A DNA stretch of 64,000 nucleotides from Pirellulales bacterium (lineage in GTDB: Bacteria; Planctomycetota; Planctomycetia; Pirellulales; PALSA-1355): contig CAVTBU010000008.1 of NCBI GenBank assembly GCA_963733035.1, positions 192,001 to 256,000 on the forward strand. Direction: 5' to 3'. Positions within the stretch are counted from its first letter, which is position 1. Each line of letters starts with the position of its first letter. Below, one piece after another: positions 50,688 through 61,792 of this stretch. The position numbers and the translations under genes were made by a program. The notes beneath the pieces are model-generated. The model did not search any database. It worked only from the letters and a program-made list of their open reading frames with translations, and was not told where the DNA came from.

Positions 50688-51845
50688 TTAGATGCCCCCC
50701 GCCAGCAGCTCGCGGTAAAGCCGTTCGTAGGCGGTCATCATCGCGGCAAAGGAAAATGCGTGGTCGACATAGTCGCGATTCGCGTTTTCCAGCGTCTGAC
50801 GCAGCGTCGAATTGTTGAGAAGTGCTGCAATTCTCTCGGCAAATCCGCGCGGATCGTTGACCGCCACAACCTGTTGCGGTGCCATTGGCCCGAGGGCTTC
50901 GCGGACGCCTTCGACGTCGGTCGCCACCATCGCACGCCCGGCGGCCATGGCTTCAAGCACGACGTTCGGCATACCTTCCCAGCGCGAAGGGACTACGACC
51001 AGATCACTGGCCGCCAAGATACTTGGCACGTCGCCGCGAAAGCCCAGAAACCGCACCGGCATCGGACAGCGACGTTTGGCTAACGCCTCCAATTCCCTCC
51101 GCTCAGGCCCTTCGCCCACGAGCAGCAATTCGACATTTGGCACCTTCGGCGCAACGTCACGGAGCAGTTCCAACAACCAGGCAATGCCCTTCTGGCGATC
51201 GAGCCGTCCGATGCAAGTGACGACCTGTGCGGAAAGACTGACGCCGATCGACTCTCGAGCGGCCGGAACCACCGCGACGAATCGTTGTACATCTACCGCG
51301 TTGGGAATCACCACCAATTTTTCCGCCGGCAGCCCGCCCTCTGAAATCGAGAACTGGCGCACCGACTCGCTCACGCAAACATGCCTGTCGACGAAACGGT
51401 CCGACCACCGCGACGCCCACAAATGCCAACCGGCGCGCCTCTCGGCGACGCGAATGCCGGTGACCACGTGCGGAACGCCAACCCGACGCGCGGCCCACGC
51501 GCAGGCTAGGTTTGCATGAAACAAGAACGTCTGCACGATCCGTGGAGAATCGATCTTCATTTGCCGCCGCAATTGCTTCAGCAAGCGAGGCAGCGCGATC
51601 GTGCTCCGCGCCCCGAAGCAGTGTACCGGTACGCCGGCGTCTTCCAGTCGGTCGGCCAAGGAGGTGGGATTGCCGGCCGGCCGCGGACCGAGACAATAAA
51701 CCACGGGGTCGAACTTCGTGCGGTCCAGCCGCGTGACGAGTTCCACCAGCGCCCGCTCCGCTCCGCCAGGATCGAGCTCCGTAATGCAAAAGGCGACTTT
51801 GATGGACACGTTCGCCGGTCGATCTTTAGTTTGACTCGAGCTCAT
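50688..51845 (-). CDS. GT4 glycosyltransferase
   Basis: GGAER, IGRLDRQKG, EGMPNVVLEAMAAG. Confidence 0.92.
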   Translation of the reverse strand: MSSSQTKDRPANVSIKVAFCITELDPGGAERALVELVTRLDRTKFDPVVYCLGPRPAGNPTSLADRLEDAGVPVHCFGARSTIALPRLLKQLRRQMKIDSPRIVQTFLFHANLACAWAARRVGVPHVVTGIRVAERRAGWHLWASRWSDRFVDRHVCVSESVRQFSISEGGLPAEKLVVIPNAVDVQRFVAVVPAARESIGVSLSAQVVTCIGRLDRQKGIAWLLELLRDVAPKVPNVELLLVGEGPERRELEALAKRRCPMPVRFLGFRGDVPSILAASDLVVVPSRWEGMPNVVLEAMAAGRAMVATDVEGVREALGPMAPQQVVAVNDPRGFAERIAALLNNSTLRQTLENANRDYVDHAFSFAAMMTAYERLYRELLAGGI

Positions 51846-51927
51846 CGGTCCGCCGCGCTACCGCCTTCGTTCGACAATTCAATCCCGTTCAAGTTTACCA
51901 CTGAAATTCCGACTCGTAGAATCGCCC

Positions 51928-52977
51928 GTGGCGCACGAACTTTCCGAATACGACTACGACCTGCCCAAGCGCCTCATTGCGCAGCATCCGTTGCAGCGCC
52001 GCACCGACGCGCGATTGCTGGTCGTCAACCGGGCCGCAGGGAGTCTCGCACACCATCATATTCGCGATTTGCCCGGCTTGTTGCGGCCGGGGGATTGCCT
52101 GGTTATTAACGACACACGCGTCATTCCAGCCCGATTAGTTGGGTTTCGCGTTGCCACAGACGGCCGCTGGGAGGGGCTATTCCTCTCGGCCGACGACAAA
52201 GGGAATTGGCGACTCTTGGCCAAATCGCGTGGAAAGTTGCAGGCCGGCGAATCGGTCGCCCTCACCAATCAGCAGCTTCAAGAGGTTTTTCGGCTGCGGC
52301 TGTTGCTCAAAGAGCCGGAGGGCTCCTGGATCGCGCGGCCGGAGATCGCAGGGGCGCCATTTGAACTCCTCGAGCGCGTCGGCCGCGTGCCGTTGCCCCC
52401 CTACATTCGCGACGGCGAGATGAGCGACGCGGATCGCGAGCGATACCAAACCGTCTTTGGCGAAAAGCCCGGCGCGGTGGCCGCTCCGACAGCCGGCTTG
52501 CACTTCACGCAGGATCTGCTCAAGCGGCTGGAAGAGGCCGGGATGAGCATCGCGCGAGTCACGCTGCACGTGGGCCAGGATACGTTTCGGCCCGTCACTG
52601 CCGAAACGCTCGACGGCCACCAAATGCATAGCGAGTGGTGCGAGATCACATTCAACGCCGTTGAGAAAATCACGGCAGCTAGGAATGCTGGCGGGCGAGT
52701 CGTGGCAATTGGGACGACGTCGGTACGAACGCTCGAATCGGCAGTCCGCGGCGGGCGTCTGGAACCCTTCGCCGGGTCGACGGACCTGTTCATCCGTCCG
52801 CCCTATGAATTTCGCGCTGTCGACGCGTTGTTGACAAACTTTCACCTGCCGCGCACGACGCTGCTGGTGCTCGTGCGAACTTTCGGCGGTGACGATTTGA
52901 TTCGCCGAGCCTACGGTGAAGCGATTCGCGAAGAGTATCGCTTCTACAGTTACGGTGATGCCATGCTTATTTTGTGA
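51928..52977 (+). CDS. queA: S-adenosylmethionine:tRNA ribosyltransferase-isomerase
   Basis: PLPPYI, AAPTAGLHF, GTTSVR, TNFHLP, FYSYGDAM. Confidence 0.96.
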   Translation: MAHELSEYDYDLPKRLIAQHPLQRRTDARLLVVNRAAGSLAHHHIRDLPGLLRPGDCLVINDTRVIPARLVGFRVATDGRWEGLFLSADDKGNWRLLAKSRGKLQAGESVALTNQQLQEVFRLRLLLKEPEGSWIARPEIAGAPFELLERVGRVPLPPYIRDGEMSDADRERYQTVFGEKPGAVAAPTAGLHFTQDLLKRLEEAGMSIARVTLHVGQDTFRPVTAETLDGHQMHSEWCEITFNAVEKITAARNAGGRVVAIGTTSVRTLESAVRGGRLEPFAGSTDLFIRPPYEFRAVDALLTNFHLPRTTLLVLVRTFGGDDLIRRAYGEAIREEYRFYSYGDAMLIL

Positions 52978-53115
52978 AAAATCGCGATGGAGTTCGCAGT
53001 TTCTACTCGCGCGTGTTCGGCAGCATTCCAGAAGGTGCTATCGCTCGCTCGGCGGTCTGTTAGAATCGTGGACTGAGCCTCCGCCCGTCGTTCTCACGCC
53101 TGAAAGGATGCCGCC

Positions 53116-53739
53116 GTGACGCAAGTGCAAACCGAATGCGTTTTGGTCGTGCCGACCGAACAGTTCCACCGTCTCGGACACTTCCAAGGCTTCTCGCGCG
53201 ACGTCGATCGCTACCTCGGCGAACTTCTTAATCCCGAGCACACGAGCTACCGACCTCGGCATGAGGTGGAGGAAGATCCCAGTTTCAAGCAGTTGATCCC
53301 ATACGTTATTTTCCGATACACGGACGGATCCGGCCGCGTGCACTTGTTTCAATACACCCGCGGCAAAGGGCAGGGGGAGGGACGCCTGCATAGCAAAAAA
53401 AGCGTCGGCATCGGTGGCCACATTTCGTCCGACGATAACGCCGCTGGCGCCCATGGGTCGACCGCCTACGAGGAAGGCATGCGCCGCGAACTGGCCGAGG
53501 AAGTAACGATTAACACCAAATACCGCGAACAATGTGCCGGCCTCATCAACGACGACGAAACCGAGGTGGGCAAAGTGCACCTGGGAGTCGTGCATGTTTT
53601 CGACGTCGAATCGCCCAACGTCCGCCCGCTGGAGACTGACATCTGCGAGGCTGGGTTCCGCCCGCTGGACGAGATCCTGGCCGACACCAGCGGGTTTGAA
53701 ACTTGGTCTTCCATCTGTCTCGAGGCCCTTTTCGCCTGA
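53116..53739 (+). CDS. NUDIX-like phosphoesterase
   Basis: KQLIPY, SVGIGGHI, GMRRELAEEV, VGKVHLG. Confidence 0.8.
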   Translation: MTQVQTECVLVVPTEQFHRLGHFQGFSRDVDRYLGELLNPEHTSYRPRHEVEEDPSFKQLIPYVIFRYTDGSGRVHLFQYTRGKGQGEGRLHSKKSVGIGGHISSDDNAAGAHGSTAYEEGMRRELAEEVTINTKYREQCAGLINDDETEVGKVHLGVVHVFDVESPNVRPLETDICEAGFRPLDEILADTSGFETWSSICLEALFA

Positions 53740-54295
53740 TTTCCCAGGTACGACGTCGTCGCTGCGGACCTTGACGCACACCATGACACCCGTCATACTT
53801 TGCTGACATTGCACCTCCCCTCGGAACAGGAGAAGTGGTTATGATTCGTTGGAATACTGCGCTTGCGGTATCGTTTCAGTCGTCGTTCGCAGCCGCATCC
53901 GCACGTAGCGTGATGGTTGTGCAAGACGACGCTCGTCCCCCAGCCGGGACTCTCGCGGCCGACTTGCCGTTCGGAACGTCGCGCAACGACGGGACCCGAC
54001 TGCTCCGGCTTGCGAAATGCGCACCCACGGCCACCACGGGTCTCGCCTCGCTTTGATTGACTCACCTCGGTTGCGCAACCACTTGCCCGTGCAACCGAGG
54101 TCGCGTGCGCTGACGACGTGCTGTTGGTCACTCACAGCCGTCGTCACGCACGCATCGCTTCTGGTCGCACAGAGGCATTGTTATCCGCCACGCAACAGCC
54201 GGCGCAGCGCAAGATCATGTGGGCATCTGCACAAATCAACGACTGGCGGCCCTACCCGAGCAGGAGAAGGACGGCGAAGCATGCCGTCCGGACGA

Positions 54296-55633
54296 CTATT
54301 GTAGGGCCTTGAGCAGGATGCTCGTGACCAACGCGCCGGCGGCCAGGATGAGCGGCGTGACGACGACGGCCACCAGCGGCCAACTTGTCGTCGGCTCTTC
54401 CTGAACGAAGCCGGGGCTACGACGGAAATCCGGCACGGTCTCCTGGCCAGCCGAAGCCACTGGGTCAGTCGGTTGCGAGACCTGGCTGGAGCTTTCGTCC
54501 TGATTGAAAGGCAGGTCGTCGAACAAACCGGGCTCGGTGTCGGACAGAGACGGCTGCTGGCCACGGCCGCTGCCAGACGACTGCGAAATGTCGTATTTCA
54601 CGGAGTCACGCGCCCACGGAGCCAGGCGCCGCACCACCTCTTCGGTCGATTGCAACCGTTTTTGCGGGTCCTTTTCCATCATGGCCGCGATGACGTCAAC
54701 AAAGTCGTCGCTCAATTCGAGGTTGAACCGCCGGGGGTTAAGCGGAATATCCTCGCAATGCCGACGGGCTTTGTCACGCTGCGTGCCACCGGGAAAAGGC
54801 ACCTTCCCGGTTACGGCGTAGTAAAGCGTGCAACCGAGTGAATAGATGTCGCTAATCGCCGACAATTTCGATGGCGAGGTAATGTGCTCCGGCGACAGAT
54901 AATCAGCGGTCCCCACGATGCGGCCAGCCCGCGGGTCATCTGGATCTTCAACCCCCAAAAACCCTGCCAATCCCAGGTCCGAGACCTTGGTCAACCCGTC
55001 AGGCGTCACCAGCAAGTTGCCGGGTTTCACGTCGCGATGCACCATGCCGCGTATATGGGCGTGCCCCAGTCCGCAGGCCGCCTGCGAAATGATTGTGGCG
55101 GCATCCTGCATCGAGAGCTTGCCTCGCGCCCGGACCAGTTTCCGTAGGTCGGCGCCGGGCACGAACTCAGTGACCAGAAAATACACGTTGCCATCGTGCC
55201 CGGCGTCGAAAGCTCGGACGAGATTCTGATGGTCCAGCTGTGCCTGTGCACGGATCTCGCGCGTGAAGCTGGCGATCGCGTCAGGAGTAGAACGATGCCG
55301 CGGCAGCACTTTAATTGCCACGACGCGGCCCATCAAACGGTGCTCGGCCTTGAATACCTGCCCCATGCCCCCCTGACCAATCGAATCGATGACCTGGTAG
55401 GGGCCGAGGTTGAACTTCGCTCGGCCAACCTTGAGTTGTTCGGCCTGCCAGCGGTTCAGATGGCCTTGTTCGACGAGCTTGGCAGCCAATGGCGCATCTT
55501 CGACAACGGTCCAGGTCCCCACCGGTCCGGCATCGGCGCGCACAGCCGCTTCGGCTGCGAGGATCTGCTCGACGGTGAGCAGTCCGCTGGCCAGAGCCGA
55601 GCGACGGAACACAGTAAGGGGTAGACTATCCAC
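54296..55633 (-). CDS. Ser/Thr protein kinase with C-terminal TM helix
   Basis: GQGGMG, VAIK, HRDVKPGN, DLG, YLSPE. Confidence 0.93.
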   Translation of the reverse strand: MDSLPLTVFRRSALASGLLTVEQILAAEAAVRADAGPVGTWTVVEDAPLAAKLVEQGHLNRWQAEQLKVGRAKFNLGPYQVIDSIGQGGMGQVFKAEHRLMGRVVAIKVLPRHRSTPDAIASFTREIRAQAQLDHQNLVRAFDAGHDGNVYFLVTEFVPGADLRKLVRARGKLSMQDAATIISQAACGLGHAHIRGMVHRDVKPGNLLVTPDGLTKVSDLGLAGFLGVEDPDDPRAGRIVGTADYLSPEHITSPSKLSAISDIYSLGCTLYYAVTGKVPFPGGTQRDKARRHCEDIPLNPRRFNLELSDDFVDVIAAMMEKDPQKRLQSTEEVVRRLAPWARDSVKYDISQSSGSGRGQQPSLSDTEPGLFDDLPFNQDESSSQVSQPTDPVASAGQETVPDFRRSPGFVQEEPTTSWPLVAVVVTPLILAAGALVTSILLKALQ

Positions 55634-55873
55634 AGCTTTCGCGGCGTCAGGGACAACGCGCCACGGAGTCGGGCCGAAGGTTCGCCTATACCAACGATAT
55701 CACGAATGTGATTGACTCTTCGCTGCTCCCCTTCCAAGCCTTCAACATAGGCCAACCGCTAAGCGACTGAATAGCCTAAAAACCAGCAGAATTCACAAAT
55801 GCGCAAAACCGCGCCAGCTCGAGCATGCGGCTGCTGGGCCCAACGAGACGATCGCTAGACTCCCCGATTTTCC

Positions 55874-56551
55874 CTATTCCAGCCTCATCATCCGCCAAGA
55901 CGGCGGCAGCGGGGCAACCAAGTCTATCGGTATGTGACGAACGGGATGATCCACCACGAGCCGCCGAGCGTGCAGGGCCATTCCTGCCGGAAATGCTCGT
56001 GCCCGAGCGTACTTGCATTCACCCCATACCGGAAAGCCCCGCGAGGCGAGCTGGACGCGAATTTGGTGTTTTCGGCCGGTCAAAAGCTCGATTTCTAACA
56101 AGTTTCCGCCTGAAACCTGCTGCTTCAATCGGTACCGCAGACGTGCTTCCTTGGCGCCTGACACGTCGGCCGTCACCACCGCCATTCGCTGCCGAAGATC
56201 ATCTTTGACCACCCAATCGACCAGTTCGGCCTCGGGGGGCTCGATTTTTCCAGATACGATCGCCCAGTAGCTTTTCTGCACCGCGCGGCTGCGGAATTGT
56301 TCGGAAAGCCGCGCCGCCGCTTTGGAGGTGCGAGCCAGGATCACCACTCCAGATGTCGCGGTATCGAGTCGTGAAACAACACCGAGATAAACGTTGCCCG
56401 GCTTCTGGTAACGCCGTTTGATATACTGCCGGGCCAGCACAACCAGGCTGGTTTCGCCGGCGGCGACGCCCATCGTGGCCAACCCCGGCGGCTTATTGAC
56501 GGCGAGCAGATGATTGTCTTCAAAAAGGATTTCCAGATTGCTTGAATTCAT
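55874..56551 (-). CDS. RluA family pseudouridine synthase
   Basis: NKPPGL, SRLDTATSG, TGRKHQIR, LHA. Confidence 0.92.
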   Translation of the reverse strand: MNSSNLEILFEDNHLLAVNKPPGLATMGVAAGETSLVVLARQYIKRRYQKPGNVYLGVVSRLDTATSGVVILARTSKAAARLSEQFRSRAVQKSYWAIVSGKIEPPEAELVDWVVKDDLRQRMAVVTADVSGAKEARLRYRLKQQVSGGNLLEIELLTGRKHQIRVQLASRGFPVWGECKYARARAFPAGMALHARRLVVDHPVRHIPIDLVAPLPPSWRMMRLE

Positions 56552-56630
56552 CGTCAAGATGGAATCGCGCGGGTGTCGGAATCAACCTAGCCAGAAACCA
56601 CAACGGCGCGACAATCGTATCAGATCGTAG

Positions 56631-57248
56631 ATGACCACGCCTGACGCCAAATTGATCCTGGCCAGCGGTTCCCCGCAGCGCAAGGCGTTGCTCACCGCCG
56701 CCGGCTACGCGTTCCGCGTCGTTGCGCCCGGCGCTGCCGCCGAATGCGGTGTTTGCAGCCGCGAAAGCCCTGGCGAATTGGTCGCCCGACTGGCACGTCA
56801 GAAAGCCGCCGATGTCGCAACGCAGTTGGCAACTGAAGCGGCCTCGCACGAGATCATCGTGGCTTGCGACACCGTGGCCGAATGCCTGGGTAAAATTCTC
56901 GGCAAACCCGTAAATCGAACGCATGCGCGGGAAATGCTGCAGTTATTGAGCGGCCATGAGCATCGCGTCTACAGTGGGTTGTGCCTGTGGCCCCGAGACA
57001 AGCGCGAGCCCCAAACCCGTGTCGCCCGCACGACATTGCGAATGGAGGCCCTTGATGATCAACGAATCGACGAATACTTGAACAGCGGGCTGTGGGAGGG
57101 CAAGGCCGGGGCGTTTGGCTATCAGGACCGAGTGGACTGGCTGTCAATCGTCGCAGGTAGTGAGTCGAACGTAATTGGGCTGCCAATGGAGCTGCTGGCC
57201 GCGATGTTTTCGGGCAGCCCAATCGCTAATGAAAATTCTGTGGGGTGA
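56631..57248 (+). CDS. maf: Maf family nucleoside triphosphate pyrophosphatase
   Basis: LILASGSPQR, CDT, LGKP, GKAGAFG, NVIGLP. Confidence 0.92.
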   Translation: MTTPDAKLILASGSPQRKALLTAAGYAFRVVAPGAAAECGVCSRESPGELVARLARQKAADVATQLATEAASHEIIVACDTVAECLGKILGKPVNRTHAREMLQLLSGHEHRVYSGLCLWPRDKREPQTRVARTTLRMEALDDQRIDEYLNSGLWEGKAGAFGYQDRVDWLSIVAGSESNVIGLPMELLAAMFSGSPIANENSVG

Positions 57249-57500
57249 CCCCTCCCAAGGGTAATGCCTCCCGCCGTACGATTGCAGGGGAAGTTACAAT
57301 TGAATGGTGTGCCCCAACCGACATTCGATTGAGCTGCGGGGGCCCTCTCTTGCCGCTGCCCAGCCGGCAACGATAAGGTGTAAGTTGGTGGTTTCGTGGA
57401 CATTTCTTGCCGCCAACAGAACTCTAGAATCCATTGACTTGCGACCGCCACGGGCCGGATCCGGTCTGTCGCGGTTCGTGCTGGCAACGAGACCAAATTG

Positions 57501-59525
57501 ATGCTTGCCTACCTGGTCATTCGTGAGGGCTCAAAATGGGCCGACGTCTTCCGACTGGTTCCCGGCCAGGCGGTGACGATCGGCCGCGCCCCGACCAATC
57601 AGGTGGTAATCAAGGACGAGCGTTGTAGCCGTTGCCACGCCGAAATCTTCTTTTCCGAAGATCGGTGGGTACTTCGAGACCTGGATAGCCGCAATGGTAC
57701 GGCGGTGGGAAGCACGCGAGTACGCGGCGACTACGTTTTACAGGCCGGCAATATTGTGCGGATCGGCCAATCTCAACTGCGTTTCGTGCACGACCTTTCG
57801 AAGGCGTTCACCGAGAGCAACATCGTTCCACAGGACGAAATCTCGACTGCGGCTCCCGTCGAGGCGAGCAAGACTCCGCCGGCCACGGACGATTCAAGCG
57901 TGCTTTCGATCCACGAACCCTCCACGATCACGCACCGCCGAATGCAGACCCGGTTTCTGGAACCGCACGAACCGGAAGAAAACTTGCCAAAGATCGGTCA
58001 GGCCGCCGCGAGCTTATGCCGCCTGGCATTCGAATTGGCGCAGGCCCCGGATCTGACCACGATTGCCGACCTGGCGTTGGCCGGCGTGTTTCAAGCGACC
58101 CAAGTGGACGCCGGCGCCGTGTTCGTTCTGCCGCGGCACTACGAGGGCGAACCGCACGTGAACGATCTGGAAATGATCGCCGCTCGCACGGATTCAACCG
58201 TGCCTTATCACCGCGTCTCGGGAGTACTAGCATCCACCGTACTCCGCGAAGGAGAAGCCGTGTTGGCCCGAAACGTAATGGGCGACAGCACGCTAGGTAG
58301 TCGCGACAGCAAGGGTGTGGTGGACGCCACCAGCGTGATCTGCGCCCCCATTCGCCGTGGCAAACGCGTGTTGGGTCTCATGCACTTGTATTCAACTGAC
58401 GACGATCGCGTGCCGGATCCGGACGATCTGGAATTCACGCTGGCCGTGGCGAACACCGTGGCCGTGGCGATCGACAACCTGAGCAGTCGCGAAGAGTTGG
58501 CCGAGGACCTCAGCCATATTCGAAATGAAAACTTGCAACTGCGCGAACGACTGGGTGTGCAGAGCGAGATCGTCGGCTCAAGCATTGCGATGGCCAAAGT
58601 GGCACAGGAAATCGGCCGCGCAGCGCCCAGCCGCGCCACGGTGCTCATCCGCGGCGAAAGTGGCGTGGGCAAGGAACTCGTGGCTCGGGCCGTGCACTTC
58701 TCGAGCCCGCGTCGCAAGGGACCGTTTGTGTGTGTCAACTGCGCGGCCTTGTCGCGGAGCCTACTAGCCAGTGAGCTATTCGGACACGAGGAAGGCGCGT
58801 TCACCGGGGCCACGCAGCGTAAGATGGGCAAGTTCGAGGCATCGGACACCGGCACGCTAATGCTCGATGAGATCGGCGAAATGAGCCCGGCCACGCAGGC
58901 CAAGTTTCTCCGCGTATTGGAAGGGCATCCGTTCGAACGCGTCGGCGGCACGGAAACGATCAAGGTCGATGTTCGCGTGATCGCAGCGACAAATCGGGAC
59001 TTGGAGCGCGACGTGGCCGAGGGTCGCTTCCGTCGCGATCTTTATTTTCGCCTTCGCGTCTTGGAAATCCTCGTGCCGCCGCTGCGCAAACGCCCCGAAG
59101 ACATTCCTGAACTGTCGCACTACTTCTTACAGAAGTTCAATACCGAAACCGGGCGCAAGCTGCGGGGCTTTACGCCCCCGGCCATGGAGTTGATGCGCAA
59201 GTACCGTTGGCCCGGCAACGTCCGCGAGTTGAAGAACGTGGTCGAACGCGCCGTGGTACTGGCCCGTGGTGAATTTCTCGAGCCAGACGACCTGACACTC
59301 TCCAAACTATCCACCGCTGGCGACACGGCGGAAAATGCCGTTAGACCGGACGAGTTCCAACCGGCCTCGCTGGCGGAAGTCGAGCGCGAGCACATTTTGG
59401 CAACTCTCTTGGCCACGGGCTGGAACAAGAGCCAAACGGCGGCGCTGCTGGGAATTGAGCGAACCACGCTCGACCGCAAGATTCGCCGCTACGAACTGCT
59501 CGACGAGCGCGCCAAACGAGGCTAA
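57501..59525 (+). CDS. FHA-GAF sigma54-dependent transcriptional activator
   Basis: FHA (IGR, SRCH, SRNGT), [25 protein letters not shown], Fis-type HTH. Confidence 0.94.
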   Translation: MLAYLVIREGSKWADVFRLVPGQAVTIGRAPTNQVVIKDERCSRCHAEIFFSEDRWVLRDLDSRNGTAVGSTRVRGDYVLQAGNIVRIGQSQLRFVHDLSKAFTESNIVPQDEISTAAPVEASKTPPATDDSSVLSIHEPSTITHRRMQTRFLEPHEPEENLPKIGQAAASLCRLAFELAQAPDLTTIADLALAGVFQATQVDAGAVFVLPRHYEGEPHVNDLEMIAARTDSTVPYHRVSGVLASTVLREGEAVLARNVMGDSTLGSRDSKGVVDATSVICAPIRRGKRVLGLMHLYSTDDDRVPDPDDLEFTLAVANTVAVAIDNLSSREELAEDLSHIRNENLQLRERLGVQSEIVGSSIAMAKVAQEIGRAAPSRATVLIRGESGVGKELVARAVHFSSPRRKGPFVCVNCAALSRSLLASELFGHEEGAFTGATQRKMGKFEASDTGTLMLDEIGEMSPATQAKFLRVLEGHPFERVGGTETIKVDVRVIAATNRDLERDVAEGRFRRDLYFRLRVLEILVPPLRKRPEDIPELSHYFLQKFNTETGRKLRGFTPPAMELMRKYRWPGNVRELKNVVERAVVLARGEFLEPDDLTLSKLSTAGDTAENAVRPDEFQPASLAEVEREHILATLLATGWNKSQTAALLGIERTTLDRKIRRYELLDERAKRG

Positions 59526-59631
59526 ACAAGCTCGCCTCGCTCGCACCCCATGACTAAACTGGGGCTGGCAACAAACGATATCCTCGGCGGAACCAGCCGC
59601 CCCGACTGTCTCCTACCCCAGGCCCCCTTTC

Positions 59632-60732
59632 ATGAGAAATCTACGAGCCGCGGTCATCGGCCGCACTGGACACGGCGACTACGGACATGGCATCGACCTC
59701 GTTTGGAACGACCTCCCAGGAGTCGAACTGGTGGCCGTAGCCGATGACAACAAGATGGGCCTGGCCAAAAAAGCTCAGCAGCTCAAAATCGACAAAGCAT
59801 ATGCTGACTACCGGAAAATGCTCGATGAGGTGAAGCCCGACCTGGTCAGCATCGGTTGTCGCTGGCTCGATCAACACCACGACATCGTCGTGGCCGCCGC
59901 GGACCGAGGTGTCCACATCTACCTGGAGAAGCCGCTCTGCCGCACCCTGGCCGAAGCCGACGAGATGGCGGATGCGCTGGAAAGGACCCACACCAAGCTT
60001 GTCTGCGCCCACACGACGCGGCACAGTCCCAGGCTGAAAGTCATGCAACAGATGATCGCCGATGGCAAAATCGGCCGCATTCTGGAGCTACGCGGGCGGG
60101 GAAAGGAGGATCACCGGGGAGGCGGCGAGGACCTATGGGTGCTTGGCACGCACATCATGGACTTGATGCGCATTTTTGGCGGCGACCCGGCCTGGTGCTA
60201 CGCGATGGTCCATGCGGGTGGAGAGCCCGTGACGAAAGCTGACGTCGTCGAGGGCGCCGAGGGCATCGGCCCTCTGGCCGGAGACGCCATTGCCGCGATG
60301 TACGGAATGCCCAACGACATCACCGCCTACTTTGCCACCCAGCGCAAGGCGGCCCCTAAACGCACCCGTTTTGGCCTGACAATCTTAGGCACCGAGGGCG
60401 TGCTGGAAATGTCAACCGGATATCTTCCGGCCGTCAAGTTTCTTCCCGAGTCGAGTTGGTCGGCCGGTCAAACGGGCGCCAAGTGGCAAAACGTGACGAG
60501 CGCCGGCATCGGCAAGCCTGAGCCACTCACGCGTGACAAAGATCCGAACGGCAATCGCCCCTGCGTTCTCGAATTGTTGTCATCGATCCGCGAGAACCGC
60601 ACGCCCAGCGGCGGCATCTATGACGCCCGCGCCGCAGTCGAAATGATCGTCTCCGTGTACGAATCGCATCGACTTGGCGGACCGGCAAAGTTTCCGCTGC
60701 AAAACCGCGAGAACCCCCTGTTGTCGCTCTGA
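59632..60732 (+). CDS. Gfo/Idh/MocA oxidoreductase
   Basis: AAVIG, YLEKP, GTHIMD. Confidence 0.88.
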   Translation: MRNLRAAVIGRTGHGDYGHGIDLVWNDLPGVELVAVADDNKMGLAKKAQQLKIDKAYADYRKMLDEVKPDLVSIGCRWLDQHHDIVVAAADRGVHIYLEKPLCRTLAEADEMADALERTHTKLVCAHTTRHSPRLKVMQQMIADGKIGRILELRGRGKEDHRGGGEDLWVLGTHIMDLMRIFGGDPAWCYAMVHAGGEPVTKADVVEGAEGIGPLAGDAIAAMYGMPNDITAYFATQRKAAPKRTRFGLTILGTEGVLEMSTGYLPAVKFLPESSWSAGQTGAKWQNVTSAGIGKPEPLTRDKDPNGNRPCVLELLSSIRENRTPSGGIYDARAAVEMIVSVYESHRLGGPAKFPLQNRENPLLSL

Positions 60733-60842
60733 TAACTGCGCAGCAGTCAATATCGAAGAGGAGTCTCCCCCGTTTCACACTCTCGCCAACTCAGAGCACG
60801 GGCGGCATGGATAGACGCCGCGTGTTCTACCCATAAAAGCGT

Positions 60843-61253
60843 CTAGCGAACACTTACGCTCGTGGCGTCCGGCTCGCCGACGTTCAGGAATGCCTCGACG
60901 CTACCTGCACTCTGGGCCCCGGTCAGTTGCTTTCGGGTCCAGCTACCATCCGATTTCTTCTGAAACATCACGAGCTGAGGAATTGAGCCCCCCTTCATCA
61001 GCTTGCCGGCCAGCGCGCTGTCAGCATCCGTATTAACGTAGGCGAAAGCTACCTTGCCCAGAGCGCCTTTCTTTTCGACCTCAGGCAACGTGGAGTACTT
61101 CATGGTCCGGCAACCTGGACACCAGTCGGCACCCACGAGAACGACGAGTGGCTTGCCCGTCTCTTCGGTCTGCTTGAAGGCGGTGGCGTAATCGTTTGCG
61201 CCGGCGGTCAGGGCCGCGGCCGACAGAAGCATGTTGAGGGTCAGGTGAATCAC
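60843..61253 (-). CDS. Secreted thioredoxin-family protein
   Basis: Signal peptide, GADWCPGC, SIP cis-Pro; AAGGAG RBS. Confidence 0.85.
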   Translation of the reverse strand: MIHLTLNMLLSAAALTAGANDYATAFKQTEETGKPLVVLVGADWCPGCRTMKYSTLPEVEKKGALGKVAFAYVNTDADSALAGKLMKGGSIPQLVMFQKKSDGSWTRKQLTGAQSAGSVEAFLNVGEPDATSVSVR

Positions 61254-61792
61254 GTTGAGACGCTCCTTCGTGAAAAAAGGTACGAACACGCGTTGTAAAA
61301 CGCCGCGTGTGATGTCGGCCCCAAGGGGAAAACCGCGAACTCAAAACTCGAGTCGCTTGGCGGCTGGGAGGGGGACTTAGGCGGGCCGACGACCGTCAAC
61401 TTCGACGCTCATTTGGCGGCGGCTTCCGTTCCACTCCTCGCTAGTCGAACTGGGCGGTCATCGGTTTCAAATTCGAGGCTCCAGTCTAACCGGGGGATCT
61501 ATGCATGCAACCGTAAAGAAGGGAAACTTTTCCATATCCACAGGTGGGGTAATTGCTAGCTACGAGACATCCAGATCCCGCCGTGCATCGCGGCTACGAA
61601 CTATCCGTGCGACACGTAAGCCCTTTTCAGATAAGGGACTCGAATTGTCACCGATGGGCTTCGCGGTGATTGAGAATTCGACGCCGCCCGATATAATCAC
61701 CTGCGGTTCGGGCACGATTGACAGCATGGGCTCATTTCTCGCTATTTCGCACGGAACTCCTCGCCCCCGGGCCTTGTTTCAAAGCCATTCTT

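Noticed and set aside
52984..53050. GCGATGGAGTTCGC resembling the 5' half of a fluoride (crcB) riboswitch
   Set aside because: The 3' GCTRATGACTCCT pseudoknot partner is missing, and the downstream gene is not a typical target.
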